A DNA stretch of 64,000 bases from Pseudobdellovibrionaceae bacterium (GTDB taxonomy: Bacteria > Bdellovibrionota > Bdellovibrionia > Bdellovibrionales > Bdellovibrionaceae): assembly GCA_021731025.1 (NCBI GenBank), contig JAKFYD010000011.1:1889-65888 (forward strand). Direction: 5' to 3'. The translations under genes and the position numbers were made by a program. Below the pieces are notes generated by a model. It saw only the letters and a list, made by a program, of their open reading frames with translations, was not told where the DNA came from and did not search any database. Below, in pieces: positions 1-8,890 of the stretch (positions within the stretch are counted from its first letter, which is position 1; each line of letters starts with the position of its first letter).

Positions 1-510
1 CCAATAAAATCCGCCAGGAGTAAATTTTTAGCATTTGGAATGAGGCTCTTAGGATGGAAAACAACTATATACAACATTCAATCAAACATAGGGATTGTTA
101 AGGTAGGGTTAGTTCGCCATCAAGATTTTGGTGCTTATTTAGATACAACTTTTTGTGATAATGAATCCGAAGCTGAACAGAAAATTATTTTCTCGCTATT
201 TAAATATATTTTAATTTTCAAGAAAAGTGGCAAAATTCTAGATACATTGGATTTCTCAGCTCCTGAAGATCATCTTCGGTTCTATGCGAATCCAAAGAAT
301 TTAAGAGCATTTGATTTTTTAGATCAATCAAGTGCTAAAAGAACAAGTTCAATATATATTCCAAATGTTGATTCAATTTGCTCAGAGCTTATCGTAAGTG
401 CAGGTGAGTTTCCTGCAGTCGCTTACTCCTATAATCCAAAATGGAAAGTATTCTGCTGGGGCCAGAACTCAATTCAAGGTGTAAATCCATGGCCACAGCC
501 TCTCGGATAA
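1..510 (+). CDS. hypothetical protein; frame is open to the window start, so possibly the 3' part of a longer gene
   Basis: ORF 40..510 has no in-frame stop back to nt 1 (cca ata aaa tcc ...). The region is visibly AT-rich. No motif recognised. Confidence 0.3.
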   Translation, partial: PIKSARSKFLAFGMRLLGWKTTIYNIQSNIGIVKVGLVRHQDFGAYLDTTFCDNESEAEQKIIFSLFKYILIFKKSGKILDTLDFSAPEDHLRFYANPKNLRAFDFLDQSSAKRTSSIYIPNVDSICSELIVSAGEFPAVAYSYNPKWKVFCWGQNSIQGVNPWPQPLG

Positions 511-1817
511 GTAATCATAATCCTCAGACTTTTTCGTTGCTCATTATTGTAGTTGCTACAATTTTATTCGCCATCGCTGTGTTTAACATAATATCTTTAA
601 CCGAAAGACAAAACCAAAAATTAATTGAAAATGAATTGAAGATTTTTTTACAAGGAAATGGAAGCTTTTTAAAATCAGGAGATCAGCGGCTTTTTGCTCA
701 GAAAATGTTTATTAATGAAGAGAATTACTTTCTAAAAGTCAGTAACTCAATAAAGAAAAATGAATTCCAAATAGGAGTAGAATCCCTCTCCAAATCCCAA
801 GGTCAATGCGTCATCGAAAACTATTACGAATTCAACGTCCTATTCTGTAGGCCCAAACCAATTCCATGGAATCAAATCAAAATCATTTCACTTCTGTTCG
901 GTATCGCAATTCTAATTTCTCTACTTATACTCAAGTACCTGAACTCCCAGGTTCTCTCTTCCTTCCGAAAAATTTTTCAAATGGCACAAATCCCTCATCC
1001 TGAAAAACTTAGCTTCGCCACAGCATGGAAAACGGCCAGCAACATGGCCGAAGCTCTCCAATCCTTCCAAAAAAAATCCATCGCCATTGAAAAAAACAAA
1101 ACTATCACTGAAATCGCAAGCCAAGTCGCTCATGATATACGGTCACCATTGTCAGCACTAAATATGGCAATGCACACTTTGACTGGCGCTTCGGAAGAGC
1201 ACAAAGAAGTTATCAAAGGCTCGATCAATCGCATCAACGATATCGCAAACGATTTACTTAATAAAAGTAAAGAAGCTTCTACCTTGCAAGAAGCCACTCC
1301 GCACTTCAACAATTTAAACGAAACAAAACAAGAAGCTTTGGGTTCCACTGCCACCGTGGCAGTAACTAAAATCAAACCTCTCGTTGAACAGGTGATCGCA
1401 GAAAAGCGGCTAGAATTGCACCATCAAAATAATCTTCACATTGAACTGGATGAAGACAGCTCAACGGAAACCTTGGTGCAGCTTCACCCCTCGGATCTCG
1501 CGCGTATTCTTTCAAATCTCATTAACAATTCTGTCGAGGCCCTGCCGGAATCCCAAGGTAAAATTACGGTAGGGCTTCGATCTTACAGAGATACAGTCTC
1601 CCTCACAGTCAACGACAACGGCAAAGGTATCCCGACAGAAATTCTTCCAAAACTCGGCGAGCAAAAAATAAGTTATAACAAGAACCATCGGGATTCAGGA
1701 TCTGGTCTCGGTCTCTACCACGCGAAAAAAACGATTCAAGATTATGGTGGTCATTTTCAAATTCAATCTCAAGAAAATGTTGGTACGATGATTGAAATTA
1801 AATTACCGCGACATTAA
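489..1817 (+). CDS. membrane sensor histidine kinase with no adjacent response regulator
   Basis: H-box 'SQVAHDIRSPLSAL', N-box 'ILSNLINNSVEAL', G1 'VNDNGKGIP', G2 'GSGLGLYH'. Two hydrophobic segments flank a ~100 aa N-terminal domain. Start chosen at 'MATASRI'; the ORF opens at 441. Confidence 0.8.
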   Translation: MATASRISNHNPQTFSLLIIVVATILFAIAVFNIISLTERQNQKLIENELKIFLQGNGSFLKSGDQRLFAQKMFINEENYFLKVSNSIKKNEFQIGVESLSKSQGQCVIENYYEFNVLFCRPKPIPWNQIKIISLLFGIAILISLLILKYLNSQVLSSFRKIFQMAQIPHPEKLSFATAWKTASNMAEALQSFQKKSIAIEKNKTITEIASQVAHDIRSPLSALNMAMHTLTGASEEHKEVIKGSINRINDIANDLLNKSKEASTLQEATPHFNNLNETKQEALGSTATVAVTKIKPLVEQVIAEKRLELHHQNNLHIELDEDSSTETLVQLHPSDLARILSNLINNSVEALPESQGKITVGLRSYRDTVSLTVNDNGKGIPTEILPKLGEQKISYNKNHRDSGSGLGLYHAKKTIQDYGGHFQIQSQENVGTMIEIKLPRH

Positions 1818-1820
1818 GAC

Positions 1821-2408
1821 TTACCACCAGCCTTTGCCTTCTTTGCAAATCCCATTCTTCAAATAATCTCGGAGCACTCGTTCATAGCGAGATTTTGAAG
1901 ACTGCAAAGGTAGATGGTCAATCTCCAGCAAATATTTTTCAGCTTTCCAAACATTTCGTGAGCTGTAGCGCCAATCGGCCTTGCAATCATCCAAGTGAGC
2001 AAATTGGTATCCAGTAATCATGCTGCTGCCATCAATGTAAGGATCGTAGTAACTCCAAGCCAAATCTCGCACAGATCTAAAAGCAGGAGCTCGTCCATAC
2101 AAACCAGGATCACGCGAATGACCGACGGCTCCCCATCGTCCGGCTTCGCGAAAAATAAAAACCACATGGTCAATTCCATCTTGGCTTTCCAAACTCATCA
2201 CCAGCGGGGGGTAGCCATTCAGTTCAAGTAAAGCTGCTGCGGCAAACGAAGCTTCCAAGCAATGAGCTTTCCGCTCTTGCAAAGTTTTCAAAGCGGACTT
2301 CAGCGTCGTTCCTGATTCTTCGCGATTGTATTCGAAGCCATGCAAAAGTTTCTGCACTTGCCACGGAGTTCGAAATTTTTTCGCGAGCTTTTGAATAAAA
2401 ACATTCAT
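1821..2408 (-). CDS. hypothetical protein, possibly a transglutaminase-like Cys/His fold
   Basis: 195 aa ORF convergent with the kinase. 'KAHCLEASFAAAALLELNGYPP ... DHVVFIF' resembles the Cys...His spacing of the transglutaminase-like core. Weak, by eye only. Confidence 0.4.
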   Translation of the reverse strand: MNVFIQKLAKKFRTPWQVQKLLHGFEYNREESGTTLKSALKTLQERKAHCLEASFAAAALLELNGYPPLVMSLESQDGIDHVVFIFREAGRWGAVGHSRDPGLYGRAPAFRSVRDLAWSYYDPYIDGSSMITGYQFAHLDDCKADWRYSSRNVWKAEKYLLEIDHLPLQSSKSRYERVLRDYLKNGICKEGKGWW

Positions 2409-2516
2409 CGATAATATTCTCGCGATGATAAGAAAACTCTGTCAATTAAAGTATTATTTTCATTCTCTCTTCATTCCACTTCACATCCCGCGAAACCAGC
2501 GGCATAACTCAGCTCC

Positions 2517-3251
2517 ATGTCTGATGCTAAATTTCGATCCATTGCCGGCAACCACGCTATTCGTGAGCTTCTCCAAACTCACCCCAAATCTATTCGTGCG
2601 GCTTGGTTGACTCAACGCTGGGAATCCAGTGCAGAGCTTCGTGAATTCCACAAGCTCTTAACGGCAAAGAAAATCAAAATCGAAATAAAATCAGACAACA
2701 AACTAGAAGAAGTTTGCCGCTCTCATCAAGGTGCAATTTTGCAAGCTGATCCATTGAAAGAATTCGATCTCGCTGAACTCAAAGACCTGCGAACAGCAAC
2801 AGTTCTTGTTCTCGATGGTCTCGAAGATCCACACAATCTCGGCGCAATCCTCAGAACCAGTTGGCTTCTTGGAGTAAAAGCGATTCTTGTTCCCCAAGAT
2901 CGCGCTGTTGGAGTGACAGCCACGGTCCACAAAATTGCCTGTGGTGGAGTCGAGCACGTTCCTGTTATCACTTGTAATCAGTTTGCAAAGCCCATTGAAC
3001 AGCTTAAAGAAATGGGATTTTGGGTTTTCGGCCTTAGTCATGAAGCCAAAACCAATCTTCACAATTGGAAAGCTCACGAAAAAGTAGTCTGGTGTATCGG
3101 CGCGGAAGAAAAAGGCCTTAGGACCACAACCGAGCGCCTGTGCGATGAGCTGGTCCAGATTCCACAACTCAGCGCAGCAGCAAGCTTTAATGCTTCGGTG
3201 GCAGCGGCAATTGCTCTCTCAGAAACTCATCGTCAGCATTCTTCCTTGTAA
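2517..3251 (+). CDS. rlmB: SpoU/TrmH-family 23S rRNA 2'-O-methyltransferase (RlmB-like)
   Basis: 'LVLDGLEDPHNLGAILRT', 'VWCIGAEEKGL' and 'IPQLSAAASFNASVAAAIAL' are SpoU motifs 1-3. The N-terminal substrate-binding-like domain is present. Confidence 0.8.
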   Translation: MSDAKFRSIAGNHAIRELLQTHPKSIRAAWLTQRWESSAELREFHKLLTAKKIKIEIKSDNKLEEVCRSHQGAILQADPLKEFDLAELKDLRTATVLVLDGLEDPHNLGAILRTSWLLGVKAILVPQDRAVGVTATVHKIACGGVEHVPVITCNQFAKPIEQLKEMGFWVFGLSHEAKTNLHNWKAHEKVVWCIGAEEKGLRTTTERLCDELVQIPQLSAAASFNASVAAAIALSETHRQHSSL

Positions 3252-3289
3252 TCAGCTACAAAATCCCCGTAAAATTTTTTAAATCTCTT

Positions 3290-3319
3290 TGACTCATCGG
3301 ATTCATCTCCAGTAGAACA
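3290..3319 (+). promoter_or_regulatory. possible sigma70-type promoter for the tRNA-tuf transcription unit
   Basis: TTGACT at 3290-3295, then an 18 nt spacer to TAGAAC (4/6 match to TATAAT), about 45 nt upstream of the first tRNA. Confidence 0.25.
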
Positions 3320-3364
3320 TTGCGGTTATCAAAACATAGTTGTTTTGGCTGTGTCTTGTAATAG

Positions 3365-3440
3365 GCTGGCTTAGCTCAATTGGTAGAGCAGCTGATTTGT
3401 AATCAGCAGGTTGCGGGTTCGAGTCCCATAGCCAGCTCCA
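3365..3440 (+). tRNA. tRNA-Thr (anticodon TGT), CCA encoded
   Basis: 7 bp acceptor GCTGGCT/AGCCAGC, D-arm 'AGCTCAATTGGTAGAGC', anticodon loop 'tttgtaa', T-loop 'TTCGAGT'. One C:A mismatch in the T-stem. Confidence 0.85.
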
Positions 3441-3471
3441 AACCCCTCAAGGTTCGGGATACACTCTCGAT

Positions 3472-3557
3472 GGACAGGTGCCCGAGTGGCTAAAGGGGAC
3501 GGACTGTAAATCCGTTGACTAACGTCTTCGAAGGTTCGAATCCTTCCCTGTCCACCA
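3472..3557 (+). tRNA. tRNA-Tyr (anticodon GTA), long variable arm, CCA encoded
   Basis: Acceptor GGACAGG/CCTGTCC, anticodon loop 'ctgtaaa', long extra arm, T-arm GAAGG-TTCGAAT-CCTTC. Confidence 0.9.
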
Positions 3558-3642
3558 ATTTTTCCGTAAGGGTAAATTGGCGGAAGTGCTTATCGACAGT
3601 GAAGGGGCCTCGGGATTTTGTCTGGGATTTCAGGAGCGTCGG

Positions 3643-3719
3643 GCGGGAGTAGCTCAATTGGCTAGAGTATCTGCCTTCCAAGCAGAGGGTTGCGGGTTCG
3701 AGACCCGTCTCCCGCTCCA
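3643..3719 (+). tRNA. tRNA-Gly (anticodon TCC), CCA encoded
   Basis: Acceptor GCGGGAG/CTCCCGC, anticodon loop 'cttccaa', T-loop 'TTCGAGA'. Confidence 0.9.
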
Positions 3720-3750
3720 AATTTGAGAAACCTGGGCTGACAACAACTGC

Positions 3751-3825
3751 GCCCGTGTAGCTCAGTGGTAGAGCACACCCTTGGTAAGGGTGAGGTCGTC
3801 GGTTCGGCTCCGATCACGGGCTCCA
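3751..3825 (+). tRNA. tRNA-Thr (anticodon GGT), CCA encoded
   Basis: Acceptor GCCCGTG/CACGGGC, D-arm 'AGCTCAGTGGTAGAGC', anticodon loop 'ttggtaa'. Confidence 0.9.
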
Positions 3826-3965
3826 CTTAAAAAGTGGGATTGTTTTAAGTAGGGAACTTGGTTTAGGATATTGATTTTAAAATTTAGTTTAAACAAAAAG
3901 GAAATTGGTTTTTAAATTACAAATGAAGAATTATCTCAAATGAGAAATTCGCTTCTGGAGGGACA

Positions 3966-5156
3966 ATGTCAAAAGAGAAATTCAACCGCTCAAAACCGCA
4001 CTGTAACATCGGTACCATCGGTCACGTCGATCATGGAAAAACGACTTTAACAGCTGCAATCACTGCAACGCTTGCAGCCGAAGGTAAAGCTACAGCTTTG
4101 ACCTATGATCAAATCGATAAATCTCCTGAGGAAAAAGAGCGTGGTATCACGATCTCTACGACTCACGTTGAGTATGAAACTACAAAACGTCACTACGCTC
4201 ACGTGGATTGCCCAGGCCATGCTGACTACGTAAAAAATATGATCACCGGTGCTGCGCAAATGGATGGAGCCATTCTTGTTGTTTCTGCTGCTGACGGTCC
4301 TATGCCACAAACTCGTGAGCACATCCTGTTGGCTCGTCAAGTTGGTGTTCCAGCACTTGTTGTTTTCATGAACAAAGTGGACATGGTTGATGACAAAGAA
4401 CTTCTTGAGCTTGTTGAAATGGAAATCCGTGAATTGTTGTCTAAATACGAATTCCCTGGCGACAAAATTCCAATAGTAAAAGGTTCTGCGAAATTGGCTC
4501 TTGAAGGTGACACTTCTGAATTAGGTCGTCCTTCAATCCAAAAATTGATGGAAGCTTGTGATGCTTACATTCCTCAACCGGCTCGCGCCGTTGATAAACC
4601 ATTCCTGATGCCTGTGGAAGACGTTTTCTCGATCTCTGGTCGTGGAACTGTTGTTACTGGCCGTATCGAGCGTGGAATCGTTAAAGTGAATGAAGAGATC
4701 GAAATCATCGGTCTTCGCCCAACTGTAAAAACAACTGTTACTGGAATCGAAATGTTCCGTAAACTTTTGGATGAAGGTCAAGCGGGAGACAATGCTGGTT
4801 GCTTACTGCGCGGTACTAAAAAAGAAGACGTTGAGCGCGGTCAAGTTTTGGCTAAACCAGGCACTATTAAGCCTCACAAAAAATTCAAAGCTGAAGCTTA
4901 CATTCTTACAAAAGAAGAAGGTGGACGTCATACTCCATTCTTCAATGGTTACCGTCCTCAGTTTTACTTCCGAACTACTGACGTTACAGGCGTCGTAACT
5001 TTGAAAACTGGAACTGAAATGGTTATGCCAGGCGATCGCGTTGAGTTGAATATCGAGTTGATCGCTCCAATCGCGATGGAAAAAGAGCTTCGTTTTGCGA
5101 TCCGCGAAGGTGGACGTACAGTTGGAGCCGGCGTCGTTGTTGATATCGTTGAGTAA
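3966..5156 (+). CDS. tuf: translation elongation factor Tu
   Basis: '[10 protein letters not shown]', 'DCPGHADY', 'NKVDMVDD' and full-length EF-Tu similarity (396 aa). The Thr-Tyr-Gly-Thr-tuf order matches E. coli thrU-tyrU-glyT-thrT-tufB. Confidence 0.98.
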   Translation: MSKEKFNRSKPHCNIGTIGHVDHGKTTLTAAITATLAAEGKATALTYDQIDKSPEEKERGITISTTHVEYETTKRHYAHVDCPGHADYVKNMITGAAQMDGAILVVSAADGPMPQTREHILLARQVGVPALVVFMNKVDMVDDKELLELVEMEIRELLSKYEFPGDKIPIVKGSAKLALEGDTSELGRPSIQKLMEACDAYIPQPARAVDKPFLMPVEDVFSISGRGTVVTGRIERGIVKVNEEIEIIGLRPTVKTTVTGIEMFRKLLDEGQAGDNAGCLLRGTKKEDVERGQVLAKPGTIKPHKKFKAEAYILTKEEGGRHTPFFNGYRPQFYFRTTDVTGVVTLKTGTEMVMPGDRVELNIELIAPIAMEKELRFAIREGGRTVGAGVVVDIVE

Positions 5157-5190
5157 TTACACTCAACAAGATTGAGTTTAATGAATTTTG

Positions 5191-5222
5191 AGGGGGCGCC
5201 TAACAGTCGTCCCCTTAGTTTT
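5191..5222 (+). terminator. hairpin plus short T-run after tuf (possible partial terminator)
   Basis: AGGGGGCG (5191-5198) pairs with CGTCCCCT (5208-5215) around a 9 nt loop, followed by 'tagtttt'. Confidence 0.3.
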
Positions 5223-5243
5223 AGAAGACACGTTAACGGATGC

Positions 5244-5319
5244 AGGGCTGTAGCTCCAGCGGTAGAGCGAGCGACTCCAAATCGCTAGGTCGTGGGTTCG
5301 AATCCCTCCGGCCCTGCCA
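5244..5319 (+). tRNA. tRNA-Trp (anticodon CCA), CCA end encoded
   Basis: Acceptor AGGGCTG/CGGCCCT, anticodon loop 'ctccaaa', T-loop 'TTCGAAT'. One U:U mismatch in the T-stem. Confidence 0.85.
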
Positions 5320-5363
5320 ATTTAGCAACTGACGTGCTTCGAACCGATGTGAGAGGTGCAAAT

Positions 5364-5741
5364 ATGGAAAAAACAAATTCGAAAATATTAACCTTAAGTT
5401 TCGCTTTAACTGGCGCGATCATTGGGTTAACGGTGCATTTATTAATTAAAGCTTTCTCGGGAGCTTTTGGAACTGTTGCCCGTGCAGCTGAAAACGATTT
5501 GGTTAAACACGGTTTGCCGGTTGTTACTGGCTTAGGCTTGTTTTTATTTCTCCAGTTTTCCCCAAAAGTTCTCGCTTGGGCTGAAGAAGTTGTCGTTGAA
5601 GTTCGCAAAGTTGTTTTTCCCACTCGAAAAGAAACGACCGGAATGACGATTGTAGTTCTGATATTTGTTTTTATTTCAAGCCTCATTGTAACCGTTTTCG
5701 ATTTCGGTTCGGCTTGGTTCATCAATGGAATTATTAAGTAG
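5364..5741 (+). CDS. secE: preprotein translocase subunit SecE
   Basis: C-terminal 'EVRKVVFPTRKETTGMTIVVLIFVFISSLIV' is the conserved SecE TM3 region. Position is tRNA-Trp-secE-nusG. The upstream part of ORF 5292.. overlaps the tRNA, so the start was moved to 'MEKTNS'. Confidence 0.8.
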   Translation: MEKTNSKILTLSFALTGAIIGLTVHLLIKAFSGAFGTVARAAENDLVKHGLPVVTGLGLFLFLQFSPKVLAWAEEVVVEVRKVVFPTRKETTGMTIVVLIFVFISSLIVTVFDFGSAWFINGIIK

Positions 5742-5750
5742 GAGCTAGGG

Positions 5751-6293
5751 ATGATGGAGAATCTGGATAAAAAGTGGTACATCGTCAATACTCAAACGGG
5801 CTGTGAAATGACAGCCAAGTCAGCCATTGAAGAGCGTATCCGCTCAAACAAAATGGAAAAGTACTTCGGAGAGATTTTAATCCCCGCCGAGAATGTTGTT
5901 GAGCTGGTTAAAGGCCAAAAACAAACCCGATCGCGTAAATTTTTCCCGGGTTACATCTTCGTAAACATGTTTTTGAATGAACAGACTTGGCATTTGGTCA
6001 AGAATTCGTCTAAGGTGAGCGGCTTCGTAGGCGGAAAAGTTCGACCACCTGAGGTTCCTGAGAGCGAAGTTCTCCGGGTCACTCAGCAAATGGCCGGCGT
6101 CGCCGAAAAACCAAAGCAAAAAGTAAAATTTTCTTTGGGAGAAAATGTGACTGTTGTCGATGGTCCATTTTCAAACTTCAACGGAACGGTTGAGGAGATC
6201 AATGAAGACAAAGGCAAAGTCAAAGTCCTTGTCAGTATCTTTGGTCGTCCAACTCCAGTGGAATTGGATTTCGTTCAGGTTGAAAAAAATTAG
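5751..6293 (+). CDS. nusG: transcription termination/antitermination factor NusG
   Basis: 'KWYIVNTQTGCE', 'FPGYIFVNM' and a KOW region 'GENVTVVDGPFSNFNGTVEEI'. Confidence 0.95.
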   Translation: MMENLDKKWYIVNTQTGCEMTAKSAIEERIRSNKMEKYFGEILIPAENVVELVKGQKQTRSRKFFPGYIFVNMFLNEQTWHLVKNSSKVSGFVGGKVRPPEVPESEVLRVTQQMAGVAEKPKQKVKFSLGENVTVVDGPFSNFNGTVEEINEDKGKVKVLVSIFGRPTPVELDFVQVEKN

Positions 6294-6376
6294 TTTTTAA
6301 CCCTCGGTTTTAAATCGAGGATAATTAAAAATCTGTCGAGATGGTCTTGGCAGAAACCCGTGCAGGAGTGGGTCAC

Positions 6377-6802
<426 letters not shown>

Positions 6803-6809
6803 GTGATAT

Positions 6810-7511
6810 ATGGCAGGAAAAAAATATAAAAAAGCCGCTCAAGCCATCGACCCTAAAAAACGTTATTCTATTGATGAAGCGTTTAAAACAGTCGTTACTT
6901 CTGCGCCCGCAAAATTTGATGAAACTGTGGATGTTGCTTTCCGTTTAGGAGTTGATCCAAAACAATCTGATCAACAAGTTCGTGGAGCTATCGCTCTTCC
7001 TCATGGTCTTGGTAAAGCGGTTCGCGTAATCGTCTTTGCAAAAGGTCCAAAAGAAAATGAAGCAAAAGCTGCTGGAGCTGACTTTGTTGGTGGCGACGAC
7101 CTCGTGGCGAAAATCCAAGAGGGTTGGTTAGACTTCGACAAAGCGATTGCAACTCCTGACATGATGGCAACTGTTTCCAAAGTCGCTAAGGTTTTGGGAC
7201 CTCGTGGTTTAATGCCCAATCCTAAGGTTGGAACAGTCACGATGAATGTCACTGAAGCTGTTACTGCCGAGAAAAAAGGTAAATTGGATTTCCGAGTTGA
7301 TAAAGCGGGGATTATTCACGCTGGTATCGGTAAGAAATCTATGGGTGACACTAAGCTTCGTGAAAATTTCATGTTGATCTTGGGAGCTATATTAAAGGCG
7401 AAGCCGTCGGCAGCTAAAGGGATCTATCTCCGTTCAATCACACTCTCATCAACAATGGGACCTGGGATTAAAGTAGATACTAACGAAGCTGCGGGTAACA
7501 CCGAAGAATAA
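6810..7511 (+). CDS. rplA: 50S ribosomal protein L1
   Basis: '[15 protein letters not shown]' and '[15 protein letters not shown]', plus synteny. Confidence 0.95.
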   Translation: MAGKKYKKAAQAIDPKKRYSIDEAFKTVVTSAPAKFDETVDVAFRLGVDPKQSDQQVRGAIALPHGLGKAVRVIVFAKGPKENEAKAAGADFVGGDDLVAKIQEGWLDFDKAIATPDMMATVSKVAKVLGPRGLMPNPKVGTVTMNVTEAVTAEKKGKLDFRVDKAGIIHAGIGKKSMGDTKLRENFMLILGAILKAKPSAAKGIYLRSITLSSTMGPGIKVDTNEAAGNTEE

Positions 7512-7676
7512 TTTTTTTTAAACATTGCGATCAGAGACAGCCGGTCTCTTGAAAAGATTTAATCCTCGCTGAATTTTCTAATTAAGAACAGCGAGGGCCG
7601 GCCGAGATGGGCAAGTAGGATTTGAATCTCCTCCAAACCTTCCTGAACGCACAATCTACAGAAAGGAGGTCAGCTT
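7512..7676 (+). promoter_or_regulatory. rplJ (L10) leader region with stem-loops, a possible L10(L12)4 autoregulatory leader
   Basis: 165 nt untranslated gap. Hairpins AGAGAC..GTCTCT and CCTCGCTG-N17-CAGCGAGG. Sits in the position of the known L10 leader. Confidence 0.3.
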
Positions 7677-8204
7677 ATGATAACTCGAGCAATAAAAGAG
7701 CAAGAGGTTAAAGCTATTGGCGAAAAATTCGCGAAAGCTAAAGCGGCCTTTATCGTTGATTTTAAAGGGATGAAAGTTGAGCAAGTCACAGACTTGCGTA
7801 AAAAACTGCATCCTGCGGAATCAGAGATGAAGGTTGTACGAAACACTCTCGCTATTCGCGCGCTCAAAGCTTACCCTGACATGGAGAAAGCCATTGGCGC
7901 TTCATTAAAGGGAACTAACGCGCTCGTCTTTGCTTATGGGGATGTCACTGCTGCTGCCAAAACACTTGCGACTTTTGCGAAAGATGTTGAAGTCTTTCAG
8001 TTAAAGACCGGTGTGATGGATGGCCAGCAGCTCGATGAAAACAAAATTAAGTTTTTATCGACATTGCCAGGAAAAGATCAGCTTCGCGCTCAGCTATTGG
8101 CAGTGTTCAATGCTCCAGCAGCGAAATTGGTACGTACAATGAACGAAGTGCCTAGTGCATTCGCTCGCGTGTTGAAAGCAAAAGCCGATCAACCCAGCGC
8201 TTAA
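7677..8204 (+). CDS. rplJ: 50S ribosomal protein L10
   Basis: Synteny, size (175 aa) and L10-like N-terminus '[16 protein letters not shown]'. GGAGG SD upstream. Confidence 0.93.
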   Translation: MITRAIKEQEVKAIGEKFAKAKAAFIVDFKGMKVEQVTDLRKKLHPAESEMKVVRNTLAIRALKAYPDMEKAIGASLKGTNALVFAYGDVTAAAKTLATFAKDVEVFQLKTGVMDGQQLDENKIKFLSTLPGKDQLRAQLLAVFNAPAAKLVRTMNEVPSAFARVLKAKADQPSA

Positions 8205-8255
8205 CTAAGCCTTATTAGAATTTTTTAATTAATTAACTTTTTTCGGAGGAATAAA

Positions 8256-8633
8256 ATGTCTTTAACAAATGATCAATTAGTCCAAGAACTTTCAAACAAA
8301 ACAGTTCTTGAAATCGCTGAACTCGTAAAATTACTAGAAGAAAAATGGGGCGTTTCTGCTGCTGCTCCTGTAGCTATGATGGCTGGTGGCGCTGCTGCTG
8401 CTGGTGCTCCTGCTGAAGAAAAAACTGCGTTTGACGTAGTTTTAGTTGATGCTGGTGCAAACAAAATCAACGTTATTAAAGAAGTTCGCGCTATCACTAA
8501 CTTGGGTTTAGCTGAAGCTAAAGCTCTTGTTGAAGCTGGAAATAAAACAGTTAAAGAAGGCGCAACTAAAGACGACGCAGAAAAAATCAAGAAGCAACTT
8601 GAAGCTGCGGGCGCAAAAGTTCAAGTTAAGTAA
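8256..8633 (+). CDS. rplL: 50S ribosomal protein L7/L12
   Basis: Ala-rich hinge '[13 protein letters not shown]' and C-terminal domain '[24 protein letters not shown]'. Confidence 0.97.
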   Translation: MSLTNDQLVQELSNKTVLEIAELVKLLEEKWGVSAAAPVAMMAGGAAAAGAPAEEKTAFDVVLVDAGANKINVIKEVRAITNLGLAEAKALVEAGNKTVKEGATKDDAEKIKKQLEAAGAKVQVK

Positions 8634-8656
8634 TCTGATTCGAACTTGCATTTTTG

Positions 8657-8681
8657 GGGTGCGGCAGCATACGCCGCGCCT
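8657..8681 (+). terminator. GC-rich hairpin in the rplL-rpoB spacer (attenuator-like)
   Basis: GGGTGCGGC / GCCGCGCCT stem (with G:U pairs) and a 7 nt loop. Weak T-tract. Same position as the E. coli rplL-rpoB attenuator. Confidence 0.3.
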
Positions 8682-8890
8682 CGTTATTAGTTAATTCAAA
8701 GAATATTAAACGTGGGTCCTAAAACTTCCCCCCGAAGCGAAGTTTTTATTTCAAACTAAAACTAGTCTTTTTGTAAAAAAAGGTTTAAGGTCGCCGCTTG
8801 CAACAATATATAAATCTGCAATTTGACGACCAACTGAATGAAATATCATTCTTCGAAAAATATTTTTCGAAGTAATTTTGAGGAAAGTAA

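Noticed and set aside
3490-3720. 76 aa minus-strand ORF from the track
   Set aside because: It lies entirely across tRNA-Tyr, the spacer and tRNA-Gly on the opposite strand. It is an artefact of stop-free tRNA sequence.
3365-5319. tRNA cluster as a possible integration hotspot or genomic-island boundary
   Set aside because: No integrase, direct repeat of a tRNA 3' end or phage/transposon gene follows any of the five tRNAs. The flanking genes are the conserved tuf-secE-nusG set.
5285-5788. 167 aa minus-strand ORF antisense to tRNA-Trp/secE
   Set aside because: It is a shadow ORF opposite a well-supported secE. It has low-complexity Thr/Ser-rich translation and no motif.
8273-8590. 105 aa minus-strand ORF antisense to rplL, and many similar 60-135 aa antisense or out-of-frame ORFs inside tuf, rpoB, rpoC, fusA, ribosomal-protein genes, the AsmA-like gene, the E1 gene and others
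   Set aside because: All are nested within longer ORFs that have unmistakable conserved motifs. None has a recognisable motif or an SD-linked start.
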